Origin: Eledone cirrhosa
Lineage: Eukaryota
Length of the DNA stretch: 64,000 nt
Direction of reading: 5' to 3'
NCBI GenBank assembly: GCA_964016885.1
Contig: OZ024741.1
Location: 397,296,001-397,360,000, forward strand
Each line of letters opens with the position of its first letter. The stretch's first letter is position 1. A program made the position numbers and the translations under genes. This document shows positions 55,884-64,000 of this stretch, piece by piece. The notes under the pieces were generated by a model, which worked only from the letters and a program-made list of their open reading frames with translations, did no database searches and was not told where the DNA came from.

Positions 55884-56770
55884 CTAACAGTGCTGCGATC
55901 GAATGTGGCTTTTTAGCCCAGCCAATGATCTAAAATGTCTTGCACAGAGTCGGCAACCAAAACATTCACTGGGAATAGTCGGCTGTGGTTGGAGTTCGTG
56001 TACTTTTGCATGTCGCTTGAGCCCTCCTGCTGATTTACATTCTCTACCACATGTTTGGCAAGCATGATGAGTAGCATCTCCAACAGCAGCCTGGTAGTCA
56101 ACCACTGGTCTTACTTTATGACTGCGAAGATGACTTTCGAGTCCAGCTTTGCTTAGGCAGAGTCTCGCACAGACGCTGCATGTCAGCACCATAGGAGGAC
56201 CCTCGCCGTCTGGAAGTGCAACAGCAATGCCCTTCCTCACATCCCGCTTTACTTTCTCGTGTCGATTGGAGATGCCTCAAAGGCAACTTTTCCCTTATAT
56301 ACAGTCTTTCTCCATTTATTACGATCAGCAGCAATATTTTCCCATGTATCAGCAGAGATGTTAGCGTCTTTCAGAGAGGCTTTCAAGGAATCCTTATACC
56401 TCTTTTTTTGGTTTATGTGGCGGTCGTTTTCCTTTAACCAACTCTCCATAGAAGAGTTGTTTTGGTATTATAGAATCCTTCATCCTGGCAAGGTGACCAC
56501 TCCAACGGAGTCGTTGCTTAAGCACAAGAGCTTCTATACTGTCACATATAGAGCTTTCCAAAATCTCGACATCACTGATGTGGTCCCTCCAGTGAACGCC
56601 ATGGATCCGTCTGAGACACATCTGATGGAAACGCTCCAATTGCTTAAGGTGGTGTCGATATGTGACCCAGGTCTCGCAGGCATAAAGAAGACAAGAGAGT
56701 ACACATGCCCTGTACACCTTTACCTTTGTCCTCCTGCATATGTCTCGCCGACCCCAGAGTCGCCTTTCTA
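55884..56770 (-). pseudogene. RTE C-terminal region ending in three C2H2 zinc fingers (frameshifted)
   Basis: Fragments read VYRACVLSCLLYACETW, RLRWSGHLARM and RYKDSLKASLK, then CSVC..HLRSH, CQTC..HAKVH and CRLC..HIRSQH. The stop TAG is at 55886-55884. Confidence 0.88.
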
Positions 56771-58129
56771 GCTTTCCGAAAGCATCACTTTCCTAATCCT
56801 AAGTGAGATTTCACCGTCAAGGTTGCCGTATCGATTGACAGTGCTTCCCAGGTAGACAAACTGAACAACCACTCCAAGTCGTTTGCCATACACATAGATG
56901 TTTGGTTCAGTGTACTGCTTACTAGGGGCAGGTTGGTACATGACGACGGTTTTCTTGAGACTGACAGTCAAACCCAGGGCAGTGCAAGCGTCAGAAAATG
57001 CATTCAAAATGTGCTGCATATCACTCTCTGTGTGCGCTACAAGATCGCAATCATCTGCATACAAGAGGTCTCTTATGACTGATGTAAATACTTTTGTCTT
57101 CGCAGCAAAGCGCCTGATGTTAAATATGCTGCCTGAGGTTCGATATCGGATGTAAACACCAGGCTCGCAATTCCTGAATGCAATACAGAAAACCATTGCA
57201 AAGTATATGGCAAACAGGGTCGGTGCTGGAATATCCCCCTGTTTCACTCCATTTTTTACTGAGATAGGCTCCGACATGTTACCTCCGACATTAACCCAAG
57301 CCTTCATGTCGTCATTGAAAGACTTAACTAAAGCAAGGAACTTATCAGGGCAACCAAGTTTCTGGAGAACCTTCCATAATGCATCTCTGTTGACAGTATC
57401 GAAAGCCTTTGTCAGATCGACAAAAACCTGATACAGATCCAAGCGTTGTTCAATGCACTTCTCCTGGAGCTGTCTAGCTGAGAAGATCATATCAGTAGTG
57501 CCGCGTCCAGCACGAAAACCAGATTGACTTTCAGGAAGAACACAATCTGCAATGTGTGTCACTAGACGGTCCAGAAGCACCCTACATAAAACTTTCCCTA
57601 CGACAGAAAGCAATGATATACCTCTGTAGTTCCCACAATCATTCCTGTTACCCTTTCCCTTGTACAAGACCACCATTACTGCATCTCTCCAGTCCTCAGG
57701 TACGGATTCATTAGCACATATCCCTCCAAACAAAGAGTGAAGATGTTGCAGGAGTCTCTCACCACCATATTGTAGGAGCTCAGCATGTATGCCATCCATA
57801 CCTGGAGATCTTCCACTGTTCAGCTTCGAAATAGCCACTGCAACCTCCACAAGCGTCGGAGATTCTGCGAGAGCTACTTTCACAGGACTTTCTGGAATGA
57901 GATTGAGGAAATTTTCACTGACGACAGACGGCTGATTCAAAAGATCATCAAAGTGCTCTCGCCACCTTCGTAGAATTCCCTGTGAGTCACGAAGAAATTC
58001 TTTGCCATCCTTGCTGCGAAGCGGTGTCACCAGAGAAGAAGACGGTCCATAAACCTCACGCAAGAGACTGTACAAACAGCTTTGTGTTATTGGAATCAGA
58101 CGCAGTTTGTATCTCACCAGCCTTCTCAC
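56768..58129 (-). pseudogene. RTE reverse transcriptase domain
   Basis: SPGMDG, NYRGISLLSVVGKV, QSGFRAGRGTTD, FVDLTKAFDTV, GVKQGD, LLYADD, FVYLGS. Confidence 0.94.
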
Positions 58130-59423
58130 TCCACCACTGATCCTTCATCTGAGAAAGACTCCGCCTAACACGTGATTTTACATCCCTGAGTTCCTCATGC
58201 AACGTATTCCTCTCCTGTGGTTTTGCCGTCAAGTAGCGTGACAGAGCACGCCTCTTATCAGCCAACAAGTCTTCTATATGTACATCATTCTCATTAAACC
58301 AGTCCTGATGTGTTCTCTGCACCAATCCCAGAACACACCTGCCTACATCATAAACCGACTTTTTAAGGGTCGGCCAATCCTCACCAAGATCTGCAGCCTG
58401 CATCTCTTCTTCCAATGTCCTCTTCACATTTTTATCCTTAAGACGAGCAGCATTCAATCTTTTGGGCAGGGTAACACCAGGAGCCCGGATTTTACGTTTG
58501 GTGATTAGTTTCACTTTTGCGCGTACCAGGCGGTGGTCCGCCCAACACTCAGCTCCACGAAGAACACGAACACACTGCACATCCTGTCTGTCACGCATCC
58601 TGACTAGGACGTAGTCCAAAAGATACCATTCCTTAGATGCAGGATGCATCCATGTGGTCTTGAATTTGTTCTTTTGTTGGAACATGGTGTTGGTAACACA
58701 CAGATCCAGCTCCTCACACATCTGCAGCAGGAGCATACCATTGCTGTTACACTTTCCCACCCCATGCCTTCCGATTACATTCCATGTGTTAAAATCCCTA
58801 CCCACTCTAGCATTAAAGTCACCAAGCACGATGACTTTGTCTGCCTGAGGGATATTTCTTAGAACACCTTTCAAGGCATGGTAAAAGGACAGTTTTTCTT
58901 CATCGACAGAATTCATAGTTGGAGCATACACACTCACCGGGGTAGCATATCTTCCCTTGTCCAGCGGAACTCTCATGGACATAAGACGCTCACTAATCCC
59001 TACTGGGAATTCTTCTAATTTATTCACAAGTACAGTCTTAACAGCAAATCCTACCCCAGCCTCTCTTCTGGTTCCTTCATCTCTTCCTTTCCAGAAGAAT
59101 GTATATTCTCCACAAAATTCCGTAAGATGACCATCTCCAGCTAACCTCGTCTCAGATAAAGCCACGATGTCAAGATCGTAACGTCGAAGCTCCTTTGCAA
59201 CAAGAGCGGTCCTTCGTTCAGGACGCTCCAAGGAATCCCTGTCAAGCAGCGTCCGTACGTTCCAGCAGCCAAAACTAAATGCCCTGTTTGGCTCTATTAC
59301 AATGGCACGATGACGAGCGGGCCCAGGCTGTGATAACTTGGGGCCCCTGCCCTTATTGCCAATGATCTTTTTTGTTCCAGAACCTAAATTGCCAATTATC
59401 TCTTTTACATTGTTCTGGAACAT
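58056..59423 (-). pseudogene. RTE apurinic-like (APE) endonuclease domain and linker
   Basis: Motifs GCWNVRTL, ERRTALVAKELRRY, VALSETR, SVYAPT, VLGDFNARVG, LDYVLV and ADHRLV give the complete APE motif set. A frameshift near 58090 separates it from the RT. Confidence 0.93.
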
Positions 59424-59440
59424 CGTTGAATTGGAAAAAA

Positions 59441-59554
59441 ATATATACATACATATATATACATACATACATACATACATACATACATACATACATACAT
59501 ACATACATACATACATACATACATACATACATACATACATACATACATACATAC
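59441..59554. repeat. (TACA)n microsatellite (about 23 perfect units after a short TA/TACA mix), left flank of RLE element 2
   Basis: Read directly; it ends where RT-upstream coding sequence (VTEAPSQKDIDSFW) begins. Confidence 0.97.
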
Positions 59555-62036
59555 GTGTCACTGAGGCCCCATCCCAGAAAGACATAGATTCCTTTTGGAG
59601 AAAAATATGGGGTGAAAAGAAGAATTTCAACCAAGATGCAGTGTGGCTAAGAGAAATCCGAAAGAACTATTGCTCCTACACTACAACAAAAACATACGAA
59701 ATAAGTGAGGGTACCCTTGAAACTGTGATAGGAAAACTCCAAGATAAGAAAACACCAGGAAGAGACATGATTGTCGGCTACTAGTACAAAAAAACTGATA
59801 TTCTATCGGAGGTATCTTACTGACCTCTACCAACAAGTTCTTAAGGGAGATACACTTATACCAGAATGGTTGACATTAGCACAAACATTACTGGTCCCCA
59901 AGAATAAAAACACCCACTTGGCAAAAAACTACCGACCCATTGCATGCCAGAACCTGATGTATAAGACGTATACAGCCTGCTTAAACCTATTCCTCCAAGA
60001 TCACTGTGAAAATAATAACATCATCACAGATGAACAAGCAGCTGGAAAGAAAAGGGTTTGGGGATGTGCTGAACAACTCCTAATCAACAAAATTGCGATG
60101 TCAGAGGTGCGACAACTTAGGTTGAAATATGGCTACAGTCTGGCTGGACTACAGGAAAGCTTTCGATTCTGTTCCCCACTCTTGGATGATAGAGGCCCTC
60201 CAACTTGCTAAAGTCCCAGACATTATTGTCAGAGCCATAGAGAGGCTGTCTTCTTCTTGGGCTACTATCCTAAGGTTAAAGACAGAGAGGGATGACTCTA
60301 TTTTCACTGATAAAATAAAATATTGCAGGGGTATATTTCAGGGGGACAGTCTCTCTGTGATATTATTCATCTTGTCATTAAACCCCTTGTCCTTTCTACT
60401 CAAGAAATGTGAGGGATACATCATTGGCTCACAGGAGGACAGAAATATGAACCTAACCCATAATCTCTTTGTAGACGATCTGAAACTCTATGCCAAGAAC
60501 ATGGATGGGATGAAGAAAAATCTTGACATGATTACAACGTTCTCAAAGGATATAGGAATGGAGTTTGGCCATGATAAGTGCTCATACATGACTGTAAAGC
60601 GGGGAAAAACAACACCCCAATCTAGCAACATTGTCATCAATGGCCTAACTATTTCACAGATATCTGATGAGGACTGCTACAGATACCTGGGGATAGATGA
60701 GAACATATCTTATAATGGTATCTGTAATAAAGAACGCGTAACCAGGGAATACTACACCCGATTAAGAAAGATCTGGTCATTGGAACTCTCTGCGCAAAAC
60801 AAAACAGTGGCTCATAATGTGTTTGCTGTGTCTGTCCTAACACCAACGTTTGGAATACTCAATTGGACGATAGACGAAATCCGAGCAGTTGATGTTGGAA
60901 CTCGAAAAATACTGAACAACACCGGAAACTTCCACATCAACAGTGACATAGACCGCCTTTACTTGAAACGTAAGCAGGGAGGCAGAGGCCTAACATCAGT
61001 TCAGACAACATTTGAATGTCACATCATATCGCTCCGACAACATCTACGAACCTCGAAGCGTAGGAGCCCGTTTCTCGAGCAAGTCTATCTGCATGAAACA
61101 GATAAGATCATGAGAGTTGGGAAGGAACTCCTCGAGAGATATTCCCTGTGTGATAATCAAACATTCACACCCAGGGAATTCACTCAGCAGTATCGCAGTG
61201 AATCCATGGATGAAAAACTGCATCCTTATCAGGAAAAAATCATGCATGGATATATTGCCAGGAAGCTCCAGAGTGAGAGTAATATAGATAAGGAAAGTAG
61301 TCTATCTTGGACCAACAACCGCTATATTGGCTCCCACTTTGAAGGATATGCTTTTGCAATCTAAGAACAGGAGATTAACACGAAATACCTGATTCACAAA
61401 AGAGATAGGGATGCAGGCAAAAGACCTAGATGTGATAACAAGTGCAGACTCTGCAGAACTAACATCGAGGATATCACCCATGTCATCAGCAGCTGTCCAA
61501 AGATGTCATCGCGGTACTATCTACCTCTGAGGCATGATGTAGTGGCCAAAACACTGTACAATGCAGTTCGTAAAAAAGATAGCCCCGATAATAAACACAT
61601 TAAAAGCTACAGTAATGTGGAAGACATCCATGTACATAATATGAAAGAGTACTGGTGGAACGTTCCAGTAAAAACCCCAATAAAATGCAGGCATAACAGA
61701 CCAGATATTATGATATGGGACAGGGAGAAGAAAACATGCACAGTAGTGGAAATTAGCTGCCCAGCAGATGCCAATATAATATCAAAGATTAGTGAAAAAG
61801 AGAATATTTATGCAGAACTGATGAGAAATCTGCAGATACTCCACCTTGATTACACCTTCAGATTTATGCCTGTGATTATTGGGGCACTGGGATATGTTAG
61901 TAACTGCCTCAATACAAATCTTGAGAAGCTAGGCTTCACAGGAACAGAAAGAACACAACTAGTTAGAAAATTACAAGTACAATCCATTAATGGAACAGTA
62001 AAAATATGTAAAACATTCCAAAAATGTTGCATCTAA
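59555..62036 (+). pseudogene. Disrupted RT/RLE ORF of RLE element 2
   Basis: Motifs are TPGRD, NYRPIAC, WLDYRKAFDSVPH, GIFQGDSLS, LFVDDLKLY, YRYLG, GGRGL, CRLC-x8-H-x4-C (61443-61496), RHD and RPD...E. Lesions are TAG at 59782, frameshifts near 59790 and 60125, and TAA at 61362. Confidence 0.92.
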
Positions 62037-62280
62037 TAACTGCATATACACATGTACAGATACAAAGCATATACACATGCACACATACAACTCAAAACAT
62101 ACACATCCACACATACAATAACATCCATATCTACACATGCATGCATGCAGACATACATACATACATATCTACCTAGTTGATGTTGTGTAAATTCCAATGA
62201 GAGAGTCTTGTGTCTATGTTAGAAACCGACTCTCTCTCTCTATTGGTAAAACTTTGTGAAATTATAAAACCAGAAGAAAA
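59555..62280 (+). mobile_element. 5'-truncated RLE-type (R4-like) non-LTR retrotransposon, second family, flanked on both sides by (TACA)n
   Basis: It carries RT + CCHC + RLE motifs and a 244-bp 3' UTR ending ...CCAGAAGAAAA, immediately followed by (TACA)n. Its protein is clearly divergent from RLE element 1. Confidence 0.88.
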
Positions 62281-62355
62281 TACATACATACATACATACA
62301 TACATACATACATACATACATACATACATACATACATACATACATACATACATAC
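62281..62355. repeat. (TACA)n microsatellite, about 19 units, between the 3' ends of RLE element 2 and RTE copy 2
   Basis: Perfect run read directly. Confidence 0.97.
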
Positions 62356-62933
62356 ATGATGGCTGCCCCCTCGTTATCGAGTATGGCCATTGCACGAGAA
62401 AGAAAAAAAAAAAATAAAGAAAAATAATAATAATAATAATAAATAAATAAAAAGAAAATAAAAATTTAAAAAAAAAAGAAATATATATATATATATACAT
62501 ATACATACATATATACACACACATACTCACACACACATACATTAATAACAATAATAATAATAATAATAATAATAACAACAATAATAATGACGACAACAAC
62601 AATAATAATATACATATACATATATATATACACACACACGCACACACACAAGCATATCTACACACACACACACACATGATAGCAACTAACAGCGCTGCGA
62701 TCGAATGTGGCTTTTTAGCCCAGCCAATGATCTAAAATGTCTTGCACAGAGTCGGCAACCAAAACATTCACTGGGAATAGTCGGCTGTGGTTGGAGTTCG
62801 TGTACTTTTGCATGTCGCTTGAGCCCTCCTGCTGATTTACATTCTCTACCACATGTTTGGCAAGCATGATGAGTAGCATCTCCAACAGCAGCCTGGTAGT
62901 CAACCACTGGTCTTACTTTATGACTGCGAAGAT
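62356..62933 (-). mobile_element. RTE copy 2, 5'-truncated (last two zinc fingers + intact 3' UTR)
   Basis: 62678-62933 matches 55876-56130 with only one difference seen by eye (AGCGCT vs AGTGCT). It has an uninterrupted microsatellite 3' UTR and the CTCGATAACGAG terminus. Confidence 0.93.
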
Positions 62934-63033
62934 ACATACATACATACATACATACATACATACATACATACATACATACATACATACATACATACATACA
63001 TACATACATACATACATACATACATACATACAT
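62934..63033. repeat. (TACA)n microsatellite, about 25 units, at the 5' junction of RTE copy 2
   Basis: Perfect run; the junction GAAGAT|ACATAC shares 'AT' between element and repeat. Confidence 0.97.
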
Positions 63034-63096
63034 GTAACAATTTAGAATCTTAAAGACTGATAGATAGAAATGACGTGTGCAGAAGAATGTTCTAAG

Positions 63097-63132
63097 GTTT
63101 CTAGTAAAACATCGCAGTGATTTACTAGAAAC
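63097..63132. repeat. Perfect 12-bp inverted repeat with 12-nt spacer
   Basis: GTTTCTAGTAAA (63097-63108) and TTTACTAGAAAC (63121-63132). Confidence 0.85.
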
Positions 63133-63140
63133 ATCAAAGA

Positions 63141-63566
63141 GGAGAGAACTCTCCCAGTTGTCAAGTAAACAGTACTTTATGATGTCCCGTCAAGCCGCAT
63201 AGCCTAATGGTTAGGATTGCAATGTTGTTGGTTCAATTCCTGGTCAGGCTGCTGTGTTGGGCAAAACACGTTGCTCCAATACACTCACTTGAGATGAGTA
63301 CCAGCTGGGGAGTTAATTCTGCGATAGACCAGCGTCCAGACCAGGGCGAGTGTTATACTCTTAGTCGCTTAAGGCCAAGGAAACGGAGATAAACACCGGC
63401 TTGAGCCTTCGTCCTAGAATAGACTTTTTACTTTAAAAGCTAAATCAAAGATCATCACACATCCTGTCATAAGGGAGAACACTCTCCCAGTTGTATAGTA
63501 TTTTCAAGGATAACCACATCTTGAATTAAGCTGGCTAACGGAGGGGAGAGCACTCTCACAGTTGTC
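63141..63566. repeat. Three dispersed copies of an approximately 22-bp quasi-palindromic motif GGGAGAG-CA-CTCTCCC-AGTTGT
   Basis: GGAGAGAACTCTCCCAGTTGT (63141), GGGAGAACACTCTCCCAGTTGT (63473), GGGAGAGCACTCTCACAGTTGT (63544). Confidence 0.8.
63193..63435 (+). mobile_element. tRNA-derived SINE with Pol III internal promoter
   Basis: It has an A-box-like TAGCCTAATGG (63200-63210) and a B-box GGTTCAATTCC (63230-63240). The central GTGTTGGGCAAAACAC and CTGCGATAGACCAGCGTCCAGACCAGGG segments resemble, from memory, CORE/V-type SINE domains. It ends in an AGACTTTTTACTTTA tail. Confidence 0.72.
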
Positions 63567-63680
63567 TACAATCCGACCTATAGGCGGAAAGCTACGATAA
63601 GACTCATTCACTCGGACCATCACGAATAAAAGATATAGAAAGAAATGTAAAATTGATTTCACTTTGATTTATCGATATAT

Positions 63681-63757
63681 TTCTTCTTCTTCTTCTTCTT
63701 CTTCTTCTTCTTCTTCTTCTTCTTCTTCTTCTTCTTCTTCTTCTTCTTCTTCTTCTT
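63681..63757. repeat. (TTC)n microsatellite, about 25 units
   Basis: Perfect run read directly. Confidence 0.97.
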
Positions 63758-63856
63758 GACTATAGTGATTTGGCCCCAAAATATATTACAAATCATTAAA
63801 GGATTTAATTGAGAAATATTTCGTAATAGACTCCCAAACAGTTACATCAACATCTA

Positions 63857-63944
63857 GAGGATCAATGGAGGAACAATCGAGGACCAATGGATGACCAATC
63901 GGGGACCAATCGAGGACCAATCGAGGACCAATCGAGGACCAATA
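63857..63944. repeat. 11-bp minisatellite (GAGGACCAATC) x8
   Basis: Eight consecutive 11-mers; six of them contain CCAAT. Confidence 0.92.
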
Positions 63945-64000
63945 GACAGTAGGTCAAATATGAGAGACAGCTGGAAATTTCATGAGCTAAAAAGTTCATA

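Larger units (their letters stand above)
55606..59440 (-). mobile_element. RTE-clade LINE copy 1, main body (near full-length ORF, several frameshifts)
   Basis: Single-ORF architecture of APE endonuclease, RT and C-terminal C2H2 fingers, then a microsatellite-rich 3' UTR. The 5' boundary is uncertain (59290-59440); the frame stays open to an ATG at 59423. Confidence 0.88.

Noticed and set aside
52973-62032. Antisense ORFs inside the retroelements (e.g. 56259-56771 +, 56898-57155 +, 52973-53245 -)
   Set aside because: They are shadow frames opposite RT/endonuclease coding sequence with no recognisable motifs.
52775-62036. Retron, DGR, group II intron or other prokaryotic RT system
   Set aside because: The RTs are fused to APE or CCHC+RLE domains and show 5' truncation and repeat tails, all diagnostic of eukaryotic non-LTR retrotransposons.
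62686-63033. Stand-alone host C2H2 zinc-finger gene
   Set aside because: It is the truncated 3' end of the RTE ORF fused to a microsatellite-derived frame.
51946-63045. Short ORFs with poly-YVCM, IHTY, poly-Y, poly-L or poly-I
   Set aside because: They are translations of (TACA)n, (TAA)n and (TA)n microsatellites.
63193-63250. Functional tRNA gene
   Set aside because: A- and B-boxes are only about 20 nt apart, with no intact anticodon arm or acceptor stem, and the sequence continues into a SINE body.

Overview
This is eukaryotic (animal) repetitive DNA with no recognisable host gene. Two tRNA-derived SINE remnants resemble, from memory only, octopus SINEs, so an octopod cephalopod source is plausible but unverified. 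Bases 1-51584 are one uninterrupted, single-orientation satellite with a 44-bp, about 86% pyrimidine unit (consensus CTCTCTTTCACTCACTACCTCCGTCTCTCTCACTCTCCCCATCT). It shows kb-scale higher-order duplications and spatially zoned variants, and the long Ser/Leu/His/Pro ORFs in it are compositional artefacts. The last 12.4 kb is a nest of non-LTR retrotransposons organised by microsatellites. There are three minus-strand copies of one RTE-clade LINE (APE + RT + three C2H2 fingers), whose 3' UTR carries (TAA)n and whose 3' end abuts (TACA)n-type repeats. Two different plus-strand R4/Dong-type restriction-like-endonuclease (RLE) elements are also present. One sits in the (TAA)n of the RTE 3' UTR, and the empty site is visible in the second RTE copy. 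The other is an FVDD-type RT element sitting in the (TACA)n tract at the RTE 3' tail. The most notable inference is a 'microsatellite relay', in which one LINE disperses the target sites used by two site-specific LINEs.
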